A stretch of 64,000 nt of DNA from an uncultured cyanobacterium (lineage in GTDB: Bacteria; Cyanobacteriota; Cyanobacteriia; PCC-6307; Cyanobiaceae), in assembly GCA_963772735.1 (NCBI GenBank), contig CAVYYO010000001.1:223581-287580 (forward strand), read 5' to 3'. The position numbers and the translations under genes were made by a program. Under the pieces are notes generated by a model that was given only the letters and a program-made list of their open reading frames with translations, was not told where the DNA came from and did not search any database. Below, in pieces: positions 48,554-61,592 of this stretch. Within the stretch, counting starts at the first letter, position 1; every line of letters begins with the position of its first letter.

Positions 48554-49281
48554 GGCGCCACCGCCGCCGCAGGCCCCCGGCCGAACCCCCGGCCCTGCTG
48601 AGAACCCCCAGGCCCAGCCTCACCTACCGGCTGATCAGCTACCTGCTGGTGTTCCCCATCTACCGGTTGCTGTTCCGGGGCCGCACCGCCGGCAATGCCA
48701 ACGTTCCCCTGGAGGGAGCGGTGGTGGTCGTGGCCAACCACGGCTCCCACCTCGACCCGCCCCTGCTGGGCCACGCCCTGGGACGGCCCGTGGCCTTCAT
48801 GGCCAAGGCGGAGCTGTTCCGGGTACCCCTGCTGGGCCCGATCATTCGCGCCTGCGGCGCCTATCCGGTGGAGCGGGGCGCCGGCGACCGGGAGGCGATC
48901 CGCACCGCCACCGACCGGCTCCTGCAGGGCTGGGCCACCGGCGTTTTCCTGGACGGCACCCGTCAGCCTGACGGCAGGGTCAACACACCCCAGCCGGGGG
49001 CGGCCCTGCTGGCGGCGCGGGCCGGCGTGCCGTTGCTGCCGGTGGCGATCATCAACAGCCACCGGGCCCTGGGACCGGGCGGCAAGGGACCGCGCCTGGT
49101 CCCGATCCACATCCGCATCGGCACGCTGATTCCGCCGCCGTCCTCGCGGCGCCGGCCCGATCTGGATGCGGTCACCCGCGCCGCCCAGGAGCAGATCAAC
49201 CGGCTGCTCGACATGGGCCCGATCAGCGGACCCCTGCTTTCTCCAGCCAGGGAGCGAGCCGGTCTTCCACCCACGGCCTGA
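48550..49281 (+). CDS. plsC: 1-acyl-sn-glycerol-3-phosphate acyltransferase
   Basis: NHGSHLDPP, FMAKAEL, VFLDGTR. Confidence 0.9.
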   Translation: MRRHRRRRPPAEPPALLRTPRPSLTYRLISYLLVFPIYRLLFRGRTAGNANVPLEGAVVVVANHGSHLDPPLLGHALGRPVAFMAKAELFRVPLLGPIIRACGAYPVERGAGDREAIRTATDRLLQGWATGVFLDGTRQPDGRVNTPQPGAALLAARAGVPLLPVAIINSHRALGPGGKGPRLVPIHIRIGTLIPPPSSRRRPDLDAVTRAAQEQINRLLDMGPISGPLLSPARERAGLPPTA

Positions 49282-49945
49282 TGTCCCTTCCGCTCATCAC
49301 CCAGAGCGCCGCCCGCACCCCATCCCCCCACAGCCGCCGCCGACCCTCGACGACGCAGAGGGAGCCGCAGGGCACAGGCACCGGGGTGAGGTGGATGCCC
49401 CGGCTGCCGGCCACGATCCGTCCCACCAGCAGCGCCCGGTCCATGTGGTCGGTCGAGGTGATCAGCAGGGCGTGGCGGATGCGGGCCTTGCGCAGATCGT
49501 CGACCAGGGAGGTGAAGTTGGAGACCGTGTCGCGGGCCCGATAATCCAGCCGCACCTGACGGGAAGGCAGACCTTCCTTGTGCTGGAACAGCCAGTGGGC
49601 ATATTCCGGGTTGGTGCCGCCGGTCACCACCACCGGCAGACCGTCGGCGCGGGCCAGCCGGGCGGCCGCCTCTTCCCGGGAGGCATCCCCCCCCAGCACC
49701 AGGATCATCTGGGGCGGGGGCGGCGAGGGCCACCACCAGCCGCGGGAGAGCCACAGGAGGCCCAGTCCCGCCAGTCCGACCAGCACCATCCGGCCCCGAA
49801 AGGGACGGCGGCGGCGACGACCGGCCGGCTGCGGCCCGGTGCGGCGGGCCTGGAGAGAGTCCGCTGGGGCCATCGGCCCTGTCGGGCTGGGGCCTCTTGG
49901 CCCGGGGCGGCGGGCGCCGGGCCGGGGTCCGGGGCGGCTCAGCAT
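49223..49945 (-). CDS. YdcF / DUF218 family protein
   Basis: TM anchor, ILVLGG, ARDTVSNF, ITSTDHMDRA. Confidence 0.85.
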   Translation of the reverse strand: MLSRPGPRPGARRPGPRGPSPTGPMAPADSLQARRTGPQPAGRRRRRPFRGRMVLVGLAGLGLLWLSRGWWWPSPPPPQMILVLGGDASREEAAARLARADGLPVVVTGGTNPEYAHWLFQHKEGLPSRQVRLDYRARDTVSNFTSLVDDLRKARIRHALLITSTDHMDRALLVGRIVAGSRGIHLTPVPVPCGSLCVVEGRRRLWGDGVRAALWVMSGRDIRPWVEDRLAPWLEKAGVR

Positions 49946-50589
49946 GGGAGCACCTCCACCGGACTGGTGGGGTAGAGGGGCAGCACCGGTTGCCAGGGGG
50001 CCGCCAGCCCCGCCTCAGCGATCGCCTGGCTGATGCCGAGCAGCTGGATCACGTCATCCGGCAGCCGCACCCGGGCGGACCGAACGGGAAAGTCCGCCAG
50101 TTCAGCGAGGGCACGATGGAGCCGTGGAGCCTCCAGCTCAGCCACCCTGCCAGGCCGGCCGGGATCGACGCCATAGAGCCCCGCCACCACACCCCGGCGG
50201 GGCAGGTCCTGCACCAGCCAGAAGGGTCCGGGGTCCGGGGGTTGGGGCCCGGCGATCAGGCGGCCGGCCATCAAGTGGAAACTGCTGACCCCATCGAGGG
50301 GCAGATGCAGCTGCTGGGCCAAGGTGCGGGCCAGCACCACCGTCAGGCGGGTGCCGGTGAACCCCCCGGGGCCGGTGGCCACCGCCAGACGGCCCAGATC
50401 CTGCCAGGCGCTGGCGGGGAGCACCGATTCGATGCCCTCGAACAGGCCGTTGGAGAGGGAGCGGCCGAGGGGAAAACTCTCCAGCCGCTCGGGCTGGGGG
50501 GAGCCGAGCCGCTGCAGGCCCACGCCGAGGCTGTCACTGGAGCTGTGCAGGGCCAGCAACCAGCGACCGCCATCGGAAACGGGGGTCAT
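49939..50589 (-). CDS. tsaB: tRNA t6A biosynthesis protein TsaB
   Basis: LLALHSSS, AVATGPGGFTGTR, LPLYP; occupies the 3' end of the 891-aa track ORF. Confidence 0.88.
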   Translation of the reverse strand: MTPVSDGGRWLLALHSSSDSLGVGLQRLGSPQPERLESFPLGRSLSNGLFEGIESVLPASAWQDLGRLAVATGPGGFTGTRLTVVLARTLAQQLHLPLDGVSSFHLMAGRLIAGPQPPDPGPFWLVQDLPRRGVVAGLYGVDPGRPGRVAELEAPRLHRALAELADFPVRSARVRLPDDVIQLLGISQAIAEAGLAAPWQPVLPLYPTSPVEVLPC

Positions 50590-50852
50590 GTCGGCAGGGC
50601 CCCCTCGGGCCTGCAGCGGCGCCAGCGGCCCGGATCGGAGCGGAAGTCGGAGCAGGCCCGCACGTCCCACTCCACGCCGACCGGACCTGCACCCCAGGCA
50701 TCCCCCTCGAGATCCACCACCTGGACGTGGATGCGGGGCTGCCGGGGCTTGAAGTCGGGTCGGGGATTGAGATGGGGAACGCCGTGCTGGCGCTCGACCG
50801 CGTGGTAGGCCTGACAGCGCTCCACCCAGTGGCAATCCACGCAGATGCACAT
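50586..50852 (-). CDS. ycf34: Ycf34 family protein
   Basis: MCICVDCHWVERCQAYHAVE.QH...EWDV.AC. Confidence 0.9.
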   Translation of the reverse strand: MCICVDCHWVERCQAYHAVERQHGVPHLNPRPDFKPRQPRIHVQVVDLEGDAWGAGPVGVEWDVRACSDFRSDPGRWRRCRPEGALPT

Positions 50853-52212
50853 GCCGCCGCGGCCCAGCAGGGTGCCCATTGTGGCGCGGGAGACCGGACG
50901 TCAAGCCCGCGAACTGTGGCGGGCCCTGGCACCGGCGGGCTGGCCCCTGGCCGCCGGGCTGCTGCCGCCCGGCACGGCGCTGGTGGGAGGTGCGGTGCGG
51001 GATGGCCTGCTGGGCCGGCTGAGCCCGAAGCCGGATCTGGATCTGGTGGTGCCCGTCGACGCCATCGCGCTGGCCCGTGCTCTGGTCCGGAAGCTCGGCG
51101 GCACCTGCGTGGTGCTGGATCCGGAGCGGTCGATCGCCCGGCTGGTGCTGAAGGGCTGGACAATCGACCTGGCCCTCTGCGCCGGTGGCGATCTGGAGGC
51201 CGATCTGGCCCGGCGCGACTTCACCGTCAACGCCATCGCCCTGCCCCTGCCGGCCGGGTCGGACAACGACGGCAACGCAGCCCCGGACCTTCAGCTGATC
51301 GACCCCTGCGGCGGGCTGGACGATCTGGCGGCCGGCCGGCTGGTGGCGATCAGCGAAGCGAACCTGCTCGATGACCCGTTGCGGCTGCTGCGGGGGGTGC
51401 GTCTGGCCTGCGAACTGGACTTCACGATCGCTCCGGCCAGCTGGGCGCTGATCCTCCGCCACCGGCAGCGGATCAGCGGCGTGGCCGGTGAACGGGTGCT
51501 GGCGGAACTGGAGCGCCTGGCCGCCTCCCCCCGGGGGCACCGAGGGCTGGAGCAGGCCGTGAAGGCGGGGCTGCTCCAGCCGTGGGGGGCGGCCACGGAC
51601 GCCGGGGCACCGCTCCAGCCCCTCGGGCCCCAGCGGCCCGGGATCTGCGGCCTGACGGAGCAGGAAGCCGCCTGGGCCCTGCCGCTGGCGCGGCTGGCCG
51701 CCGTTCTCGATGGCCCAGGCCTGGAGCGGTTGCGGGCCAGCCGCCGCCTGCAGCAGCGCTGCCAGCGGCTGCGCCGCTGGCTCGGACAGCTGCGCGAGGC
51801 GGCAGCGCGGGCCGGAGCCTCGGGACTGGAGGCCCTGGATGAAGGGGAACGCGTGCAGCTTCAGCGACAGCTGGAGGAGGACCTGCCCGCTCTGCTGCTG
51901 CAACTGGATCCGGAACGGGCACGGAGGGCCCTGGATCGCTGGCGGACCCCGGCGGATCCCCTCTTCCACCCCCGCCCCCCCCTGGACGGACGCCGGCTGC
52001 AGAGCCTGCTGGCCATTCCCCCCGGGCCGGAACTGGGCCGGCTGCTCGACCATCTCACGGTCGAGCGGGCCTTCGGTCGGCTGAACCAAACAGCAGCGAC
52101 GGACACAGCGGAGATGGCCGATCCCGCCCTGACCGCCGAAACGCTTGCAGCAGCTCGGAGCTGGCTGAGTCGCCAGGACGAAGCGCGGGCGTCGAGCCCG
52201 CGGCGTGATTAA
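50845..52212 (+). CDS. Class II tRNA nucleotidyltransferase, probably CC-adding type
   Basis: VGGAVRD, DLD, DLARRDFTVNAIA, DDPLRLLRG; very short segment between DLA and DLxRRD. Confidence 0.85.
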   Translation: MHMPPRPSRVPIVARETGRQARELWRALAPAGWPLAAGLLPPGTALVGGAVRDGLLGRLSPKPDLDLVVPVDAIALARALVRKLGGTCVVLDPERSIARLVLKGWTIDLALCAGGDLEADLARRDFTVNAIALPLPAGSDNDGNAAPDLQLIDPCGGLDDLAAGRLVAISEANLLDDPLRLLRGVRLACELDFTIAPASWALILRHRQRISGVAGERVLAELERLAASPRGHRGLEQAVKAGLLQPWGAATDAGAPLQPLGPQRPGICGLTEQEAAWALPLARLAAVLDGPGLERLRASRRLQQRCQRLRRWLGQLREAAARAGASGLEALDEGERVQLQRQLEEDLPALLLQLDPERARRALDRWRTPADPLFHPRPPLDGRRLQSLLAIPPGPELGRLLDHLTVERAFGRLNQTAATDTAEMADPALTAETLAAARSWLSRQDEARASSPRRD

Positions 52213-52281
52213 CTTCTTCATGCAATGGCGTGATCGCACCGCCTGCCACAGTTTTTTCTCCTTATCTCGAGCCCCCCTGCC

Positions 52282-52710
52282 ATGAGCGTTCGTCTCTACG
52301 TCGGCAACCTGCCGCAAACCTTTGATGCCAAAGAGCTCGAAGCGCTCTTCTCGAACGTGGGAGAGGGGGTGCGTTTCAAGGCGGTGAACGACCGGGAGAC
52401 GGGCACCTGCCGCGGCTTCGGCTTCGCCAACGTGGACGACCTGGCCCTGGCGGAAGCGGTGATCGCCCAGCTCAACGGAAAGGACTTCGGCGGTAACAGC
52501 CTGCGCATCGAGATCTCCGAGCAGCGCCGCGACAGTCGCGCCGCCACCGGCGGCGACCGTCGTCCAGGAGCCGCTCCCGCGACAGCCCGCAAGAGCGTCA
52601 ACAAGGTGGTCCATGCCGACGCCGTCGGCGAAGGAGCCCCCGATCCCCGCTGGGCCGGTGAACTGGCGAAGCTGAAGAACCTGCTGGCCAACCAGAAGGC
52701 CGCAGTCTGA
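52282..52710 (+). CDS. RRM RNA-binding protein (long Rbp3-like class)
   Basis: RNP2 LYVGNL, RNP1 RGFGFA, C-terminal PDPRWA.EL.KLK. Confidence 0.9.
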   Translation: MSVRLYVGNLPQTFDAKELEALFSNVGEGVRFKAVNDRETGTCRGFGFANVDDLALAEAVIAQLNGKDFGGNSLRIEISEQRRDSRAATGGDRRPGAAPATARKSVNKVVHADAVGEGAPDPRWAGELAKLKNLLANQKAAV

Positions 52711-52785
52711 GGTCCTGTTTCGGGGCTCCGGATCAGGGCAGGCGCCGCGGAGGTCCGCCCCTCAAGGCCTCCGATCCAGGCCCCC

Positions 52786-53847
52786 ATGTCGATGGTTCCT
52801 CGATCCGGCCCAGGCCCGATGCCCCCCTCTCCCCAGGCTGGCGCCGCTGCCATCTACCCGCTCCCATGGCTGGGCTGCTGGGATTGGCAAGGGCTCAAGG
52901 TGAGTTATGTGGGGAGCAGGGGCCGCCAGGACAGTCCGGCTGGTCAGGGTGGGCCGGCGCAGACCGCCCCCAACAGGACCATGCCCGTTCTGCTCATCCA
53001 CGGCTTCGGGGCCTGCAAGGAACACTGGCGCCACAACCTGCCGGAGCTGGGCAGGAGCAGGGCCTGCTATGCCATTGATCTGGTCGGTTTCGGAGCCAGC
53101 AGCAAGCCCTCTTCCCGCCTCGATGGCGAATCGGAGGACAGGGGAGCTCTCCGCTATGGCATCGACCTGTGGGCCGACCAGGTGGCGGACTTCGCCCGGG
53201 AAGTGATCGGGACCCCGGTGCAGCTGGTGGGCAATTCCATCGGCGGCGTGGTGGCCCTGGCCGCGGCCCTGCGGCTGCAGGGGGACGTGGGCCAGGTGAT
53301 TCTGATCGACTGTGCCCAGCGCAGCCTGGACGACCGACGGCTGGCCGAACAGCCCGTTCTGGCCCGGATCGGCCGACCGCTGCTGAAACGTCTGGTACGG
53401 CAGCGTTGGCTGACCGCCCGGCTTTTCCAATGGCTGGTCAATCCCGGGGTGGTGCGTCGGATCCTGGCGCTTGCCTATCCCTCAGGCCATGGCCTCGACG
53501 CCGAGCTGGTGGACCTGCTGCTCACCCCGGCCAGAAGCCCCGGAGCCCATGAGAGCTTCCGAGGCTTCATCAACCTGTTCCGGGACCGGCTGGCTCCGGA
53601 CCTGCTGAGCGACCTGTCCACCCCGGTGCGGCTGCTGTGGGGGGAGGAGGACCCATGGGAACCGGTCGGCGAAGCCCGCCGCTGGGCCCTCACCTACCCC
53701 AGCGTCCGGGAACTGCGCGTGCTGCCTGGCCTGGGGCACTGTCCCCATGACGAGAATCCCGGCCAGGTGAACCCTGTGCTCGAGGAGTGGCTCAGCTGGG
53801 GAGATGATCAGGGCTGGGGAGGACAGGACTCAGGTGGACAGGTTTGA
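52786..53847 (+). CDS. Alpha/beta hydrolase
   Basis: LIHGFGA, DLVGFG, GNSIGG nucleophile elbow, WGEEDPW, GHCPHDE. Confidence 0.9.
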   Translation: MSMVPRSGPGPMPPSPQAGAAAIYPLPWLGCWDWQGLKVSYVGSRGRQDSPAGQGGPAQTAPNRTMPVLLIHGFGACKEHWRHNLPELGRSRACYAIDLVGFGASSKPSSRLDGESEDRGALRYGIDLWADQVADFAREVIGTPVQLVGNSIGGVVALAAALRLQGDVGQVILIDCAQRSLDDRRLAEQPVLARIGRPLLKRLVRQRWLTARLFQWLVNPGVVRRILALAYPSGHGLDAELVDLLLTPARSPGAHESFRGFINLFRDRLAPDLLSDLSTPVRLLWGEEDPWEPVGEARRWALTYPSVRELRVLPGLGHCPHDENPGQVNPVLEEWLSWGDDQGWGGQDSGGQV

Positions 53848-53883
53848 GGCGGATGGGACTCATGCGGATCCTCGACAGCCCCT

Positions 53884-56234
<2,351 letters not shown>

Positions 56235-56387
56235 TCACCCAAGATCAACAGCAACCTTATCGGGCTTCCCAGGGCAGGGGTGAGCCGGGGCCAGGGGCGG
56301 CGGCGGCGGAATCCGGTGCCGTTTTACCTAAAGTCGATGAAGCATCCCTGCGATGCCATTGCTCCTCCCGATCCCCAGGCCGTGACC

Positions 56388-56735
56388 ATGGTCGAGACCC
56401 TGCTCAAATCCACCACCCGCCACATCCGGCTGTTCACGGCACGGGTGGAGAACGACGACCTCATCCCGGACCCGGATCAGCTGACCCTGGACATCGATCC
56501 TGACAACGAATTCGTCTGGGACGACCAGGCCCTGGAGAAGGTTCGCGCCCAGTTCCGGGAGCTGGTGGCCGCCCAGGCCGGCCAGGACCTCACCGACTAC
56601 AACCTGCGCCGCATCGGCTCCGAACTCGAGGGACTGGTGCGGCAGATGCTTCAGGCTGGCGAGTTGAGCTACAACCCCGAGGCCCGCGTGCTCAATTACT
56701 CCATGGGCCTGCCCCGCAGCCCGGAAAGCCTATGA
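56388..56735 (+). CDS. ndhM: NDH-1 subunit M
   Basis: [38 protein letters not shown]. Confidence 0.95.
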   Translation: MVETLLKSTTRHIRLFTARVENDDLIPDPDQLTLDIDPDNEFVWDDQALEKVRAQFRELVAAQAGQDLTDYNLRRIGSELEGLVRQMLQAGELSYNPEARVLNYSMGLPRSPESL

Positions 56736-57499
56736 CCCGCTCCAGCAGCAGCAGCCGCCGACCTGAGCCGATGGGCTACGGCCCCCGCGGCGACCGCTCG
56801 GCCGATCGCTACGACAGGGGGGCCGACCGCTTCGCCACCGGTGACGGCCGCGGCGCTGAGCGGGCCTATGCCCGTGGGGAAGAGCGCCGCTACGGCCGTG
56901 GGGACGATCCTCGCTATGAAGAGCAGGTGCGTCGAGGCGGGGGCGGCGCCGGCGGCAGGCCCCCCTCCGGCGCCAGCGGCGGCCCGCCCGGAGGTGGCCC
57001 CAGCATCCAGCTCAATGTGGCCACCGTCGCCGTGCTGGCGGGGGTGCTGGTGATCGGCATCGGCATCGGCAGCGCCGTGACCAGCACCACCCAGGGCAAC
57101 CAGGGGAACATCGCCAGCGCCCAGCAGCTCGACATGGCGGTTCCCGATCCGGAGTTCTGCAAGCAGTGGGGGGCCAGTGCCTTCGTGATGGACATCGAGC
57201 TCTACACGACCATGAACCCGAGCAGCAGCTTCGTGACCCAGCCCACACTTCAGCCTGGCTGTGTGATCCGTCGGGAGAACTGGTCGGTGCTGCAGAAGGA
57301 GGGGGCGGTGACCTCCGAGCAGATGCGCCAGTGCAAACAGCGCATGAACACGTTCGCCTACATCGGCTCGGTGCGCGACAAACCCGTGGTGCGCTGCGTC
57401 TACCAGACCGACATCAGCGGCAACAAGTTCCAGACCAGGGGCATCGCCGGCGCCGCTGACGACTCCGTGGGCATCACCCCGGAGGCTGATCAGTTCTGA
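56732..57499 (+). CDS. DUF3172 family membrane protein with low-complexity N-terminus
   Basis: Single [38 protein letters not shown]. Confidence 0.85.
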   Translation: MTRSSSSSRRPEPMGYGPRGDRSADRYDRGADRFATGDGRGAERAYARGEERRYGRGDDPRYEEQVRRGGGGAGGRPPSGASGGPPGGGPSIQLNVATVAVLAGVLVIGIGIGSAVTSTTQGNQGNIASAQQLDMAVPDPEFCKQWGASAFVMDIELYTTMNPSSSFVTQPTLQPGCVIRRENWSVLQKEGAVTSEQMRQCKQRMNTFAYIGSVRDKPVVRCVYQTDISGNKFQTRGIAGAADDSVGITPEADQF

Positions 57500-57564
57500 G
57501 CCCCCCGGTTACGAGCTGATCCCGTACAGATCGGGTCGACCCGCACTCCCTCCCGGACTCCCTG

Positions 57565-58515
57565 TCAGCCCTGGACCTGGCGCAGGGGGCTGTCGGGGCT
57601 GGCGAACACCGGCAGCACCTCCCGCCGGAAGGCATCGGAGGCCCGGGAGCAGTAGCGGGCGGGGTGGGTGATCAGCTTGAGCTGGCGACGAACCATCAGG
57701 TCGGCCACCTGGGGACGATGCAGCGTGCCGGCGGCCAGTTCCCGTTCGATCGAGACCACCGGCAGGAACGCCGCCCCCAGGCCCGCCTGGACGGCGTTCT
57801 TGATGGCCTCGAAGGAATTGAGCTCCATCTCGATCTTGAGCCGCTGCACGTCGAGCTTGGAGCGACTCAGCAGCTGATCCACCATCTTGCGGGTGGTGGA
57901 CTGGGCGTCGAGGCAGACGAAACCGAGCCGGTAGAGGTCGTCCTTGGTGAGCTCGGGCAGACGGGCCAGGGGATGCTTGGGGGGAAGCACCAGGGCGAGC
58001 TCGTCACTGGCGTAGGGCACCACCTGGAGCAGGTCGTTGAGATCGGCCGGCAGTTCCCCCCCGATGATCGCCAGATCGATCTGGCCGTTGGCCACGCTCC
58101 AGCCGGTCCGGCGGGTGCTGTGCACCTGGAGCTGCACCGCCACATCGGGGTACTTCTGTCGGAACAGGCCGATCATGCGGGGCATCAGGTAAGTGCCCGT
58201 CGTCTGGCTGGCCCCCACCACGAGAGAGCCGCCCCGAAGGTTGTGGAGATCGTCAAGGGCCCGGCAGGCCTCCTGGCACTGGCTGAGGATCCGGTCGCAG
58301 TAACTCAGCAGCAGATGGCCCGCCTCGGTGAGCTGGGCCTTGCGACCGCCGCGGTCGAACAGGGAGACATCGAGCTGCTTCTCCAGGTTCTGGATCTGCA
58401 GGCTCACCGCCGGCTGAGTGACGTAGAGACTGTCGGCCGCCTTCTTGAAGCTGCCCTCACTGGCGATGGCCCGCAGGATGCGGAGCTGGTCGAGGGTGAA
58501 AGGCAGATCTGCCAT
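57565..58515 (-). CDS. LysR-family regulator (Ycf30/RbcR-like)
   Basis: [36 protein letters not shown]. Confidence 0.9.
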   Translation of the reverse strand: MADLPFTLDQLRILRAIASEGSFKKAADSLYVTQPAVSLQIQNLEKQLDVSLFDRGGRKAQLTEAGHLLLSYCDRILSQCQEACRALDDLHNLRGGSLVVGASQTTGTYLMPRMIGLFRQKYPDVAVQLQVHSTRRTGWSVANGQIDLAIIGGELPADLNDLLQVVPYASDELALVLPPKHPLARLPELTKDDLYRLGFVCLDAQSTTRKMVDQLLSRSKLDVQRLKIEMELNSFEAIKNAVQAGLGAAFLPVVSIERELAAGTLHRPQVADLMVRRQLKLITHPARYCSRASDAFRREVLPVFASPDSPLRQVQG

Positions 58516-58585
58516 GGGTGGGGAGGCTGCGGGGGGACCGTCGGCCGGATCCGCCATGCCGGCGGAACTCTAGGGGGCCCGCCCG

Positions 58586-59374
58586 ATGGCCAGAATCTTC
58601 CCGATACATCCGCCGCCGCCGATGCCCTCGATTCGCCTGATCCCGGAGGGCCCCCAGCACAGCAGCCTGGTGATGCTGGCCCTGCTGCTGCTCTTCGCCC
58701 TGATCCACAGCGGCGGAGCCTCCCTGAGAGCCTGGGGGGAGGAGCGGATCGGGGCCCGGGCCTGGCGGCTCCTCTTCGCCGGTCTCAGCATCCCCTCGGC
58801 CGTCGTGGTGGTGGGATATTTCCTGGTCCACCGCTATGACGGCGCGAGGCTCTGGAACCTGCAGGAGCAAGCGTGGATTGTGCCGGTGGTCTGGACCGGC
58901 ACGGCGATCAGCTTCCTGTTCCTCTACCCGGCCACCTACAACCTGCTGGAAATCCCGGCGCTGCTGAAGCCCAGGGTGCGGCTCTACGCCACCGGGATCA
59001 TCCGGGTGAGTCGCCACCCCCAGGCCGTGGGCCAGGTGCTGTGGTGCGCCACCCACCTGCTCTGGATCGGCACCAGCTTCATGCTGGTGACCAGCCTGGG
59101 GCTGATCGGCCATCACCTGTTCGCCGTGTGGAACGGCGACCGCCGCCTGCACAACCGTTTCGGCGCCGCCTTCGAGGAGCTGAGGGCCAGTACCTCGGTG
59201 CTGCCCTTCGCCGCGGTGCTGGACGGGCGGCAGAAACTGGTGGCGCAGGAATTCCTGCGCCCCTCCCAGCTGGGGATCGCTATCGCCATCGGCGTGTTCT
59301 GGTGGGCCCACCGCTGGATCGGTCTGGGTGCAACGAGCTTCTCCCGTACCGCCCTGGCCCACTGGCTGGGCTGA
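58586..59374 (+). CDS. NnrU family protein, probable 15-cis-zeta-carotene isomerase (Z-ISO-like)
   Basis: HSGGASLR, YPATYNLLE, TGIIRVSRHPQ, GDRRL, TSVLPF. Confidence 0.85.
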   Translation: MARIFPIHPPPPMPSIRLIPEGPQHSSLVMLALLLLFALIHSGGASLRAWGEERIGARAWRLLFAGLSIPSAVVVVGYFLVHRYDGARLWNLQEQAWIVPVVWTGTAISFLFLYPATYNLLEIPALLKPRVRLYATGIIRVSRHPQAVGQVLWCATHLLWIGTSFMLVTSLGLIGHHLFAVWNGDRRLHNRFGAAFEELRASTSVLPFAAVLDGRQKLVAQEFLRPSQLGIAIAIGVFWWAHRWIGLGATSFSRTALAHWLG

Positions 59375-59473
59375 GAGCCCTGGCGCAACGGGTCGCGACG
59401 ATGGGCAGGCCCCCACAGAGCCGGAGGTGTTCCGTGGAGCCTGCCTACACTCGCCTGCAACAGAGCCCTCAGG

Positions 59474-61486
59474 ATGCCCTCCGCTTCCGAACTTGCCTGG
59501 CTGATTCCGGTGCTCCCCCTCCTGGGGGCCAGCCTTACGGGCCTGGGGCTGATCTCCTTCAACCGCACCGTCAATCGTCTGCGCAAACCGGTCGCGCTGC
59601 TGCTGATCACCAGTGTGGGGATCGCCGCGGTCCTGAGCTTCGCGATCCTGGCCGAGCAACTGGCCGGGGCGGGCGCCACCGAGGTGCTCTTCGACTGGGC
59701 CGGGGCCGGCACGTTCCACCTTCAGATGGGCTTCCGGGTGGATGCCCTCGGGGCGGTGATGCTGGCGCTGGTCACCACCATCGCCCTGCTGGTGATGGTC
59801 TATTCCGACGGCTACATGGCCCACGACAAGGGCTACGTTCGCTTCTTCACCTACCTGGCCCTGTTCAGCAGTTCGATGCTCGGCCTGGTGATCAGCCCCA
59901 ACCTGCTCGAGATCTACGTCTTCTGGGAGCTGGTGGGCATGTGCTCCTACCTGCTGGTGGGTTTCTGGTACGACAGGGACGCCGCCGCCAACGCGGCCCA
60001 GAAGGCCTTCGTGGTCAACCGGGTCGGAGACTTCGGCCTGCTGCTCGGCATCCTCGGGTTGTTCTGGGCCACCGGCAGCTTCGGCTTCGAGGAGATCGGC
60101 GAGCGCCTCGCCGCGGCCGTGGCCGGTGGCGGCCTGCCCACGGGAGTGGCCGTCCTTCTCTGCCTGCTGGTGTTCATGGGGCCCATGGCCAAGTCGGCCC
60201 AGTTCCCCCTGCACGTCTGGCTGCCCGACGCCATGGAGGGCCCCACGCCGATCTCCGCCCTGATCCACGCCGCCACGATGGTGGCAGCGGGCGTGTTCCT
60301 GGTGGCCCGTCTGCAACCGGTCTACGAACCCTTCCCCCTGGTGCAGGCGGTGATCGCCGTGATCGGCACCATCACCCTCTTTCTGGGGGCCTCCATTGCC
60401 CTCACCCAGATGGATCTGAAGAAGGGCCTGGCCTACAGCACCGTGTCCCAGCTGGGTTACATGATGCTGGCCATGGGCTGCGGTGCCCCGGTGGCCGGCA
60501 TGTTCCACCTGGTCACCCACGCCTTCTTCAAGGCGATGCTGTTCCTCGGCTCCGGGTCGGTGATCCATGCCATGGAGGAGGTGGTGGGTCATGAGCCGGT
60601 GCTCGCCCAGGACATGCGCCTGATGGGCGGCCTGCGCAAGTTCATGCCGATCACCTCCGCCACCTTCCTGGTGGGCTGCGTGGCCATCAGCGGCATCCCC
60701 CCCCTGGCGGGCTTCTGGAGCAAGGACGAGATCCTCGGCCAGGCCTTCAACAGCTTCCCGCTGCTGTGGGCCATGGGCTTCATCACCGCGGGCATGACGG
60801 CCTTCTACATGTTCCGGCTCTATTTCCTCACCTTCGAAGGTGCCTTCCGCGGCCAGGACGCCACCATGCGCAGCCAGTTGCTGGCCGCCGCAGGCAAGGG
60901 CTCTGCGGAGGCCTCCCAGGAGGGCCACGCCAGTCATGCCAGCCACCCCCACGAATCGGGCTGGCAGATGGCCGCCCCCCTGGTGGTCCTGGCGGTGCCT
61001 TCGGCGCTGATCGGCCTGCTGGGCACCCCCTGGAACAGCCGCTTCGGCAACCTCGTGGATCCTGCCGAGGCTGCCGAGGTGGCCGAGCACTTCCACTGGA
61101 GCGAGTTCCTGCCCCTGGCGGGCGCTTCGGTGGCCATCTCCAGTCTCGGCATCGCCGTTGCGGTGCTCGCCTACGCCCTGCAGCGCATCGACCTGGCCAC
61201 GGCCGTCGCCGCACGCTTCCCGCTCATCAATCGCTTCCTGGCCAACAAGTGGTATCTGGATGAGATCAACGAGAAGCTGTTCGTGCAGGGCAGCCGCCGC
61301 CTGGCCCGCCAGGTGCTCGACGTCGATTCCAAGGTGGTGGATGGGGTGGTCAACCTCACCGGCCTGCTCACCCTGGGCAGCGGCGAGGGTCTCAAGTACT
61401 TCGAGACCGGCCGGGTGCAGTTCTACGCCCTGATCGTGTTCGGCGGCGTCATCGGCATGGTGCTCCTGTTCGGAGCCTTCGGCTGA
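59474..61486 (+). CDS. ndhF1: NDH-1 subunit F1
   Basis: [52 protein letters not shown]. Confidence 0.95.
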   Translation: MPSASELAWLIPVLPLLGASLTGLGLISFNRTVNRLRKPVALLLITSVGIAAVLSFAILAEQLAGAGATEVLFDWAGAGTFHLQMGFRVDALGAVMLALVTTIALLVMVYSDGYMAHDKGYVRFFTYLALFSSSMLGLVISPNLLEIYVFWELVGMCSYLLVGFWYDRDAAANAAQKAFVVNRVGDFGLLLGILGLFWATGSFGFEEIGERLAAAVAGGGLPTGVAVLLCLLVFMGPMAKSAQFPLHVWLPDAMEGPTPISALIHAATMVAAGVFLVARLQPVYEPFPLVQAVIAVIGTITLFLGASIALTQMDLKKGLAYSTVSQLGYMMLAMGCGAPVAGMFHLVTHAFFKAMLFLGSGSVIHAMEEVVGHEPVLAQDMRLMGGLRKFMPITSATFLVGCVAISGIPPLAGFWSKDEILGQAFNSFPLLWAMGFITAGMTAFYMFRLYFLTFEGAFRGQDATMRSQLLAAAGKGSAEASQEGHASHASHPHESGWQMAAPLVVLAVPSALIGLLGTPWNSRFGNLVDPAEAAEVAEHFHWSEFLPLAGASVAISSLGIAVAVLAYALQRIDLATAVAARFPLINRFLANKWYLDEINEKLFVQGSRRLARQVLDVDSKVVDGVVNLTGLLTLGSGEGLKYFETGRVQFYALIVFGGVIGMVLLFGAFG

Positions 61487-61592
61487 TCGCTCCGATCAGC
61501 GGATCCCCTTCGCTCTGTGTGACAACGCCCATCCGTGCGGTGTCCGGGAGCTCGGTATTTCTACACTCCGCCCAGATGGACCGCACCGTTCT

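Noticed and set aside
245-50025. HIP1 octamer GCGATCGC (at least 7 copies seen: 245, 10964, 16688, 29504, 36677, 40277, 50018)
   Set aside because: Only mildly above a rough chance expectation of about 3 at this GC content; far below the density typical of HIP1-rich cyanobacteria, and the count was not exhaustive
49939-52614. 891-aa ORF as a single protein
   Set aside because: Only the last 216 codons are TsaB; the rest overlaps ycf34 in another frame and is antisense to the nucleotidyltransferase and rbp genes
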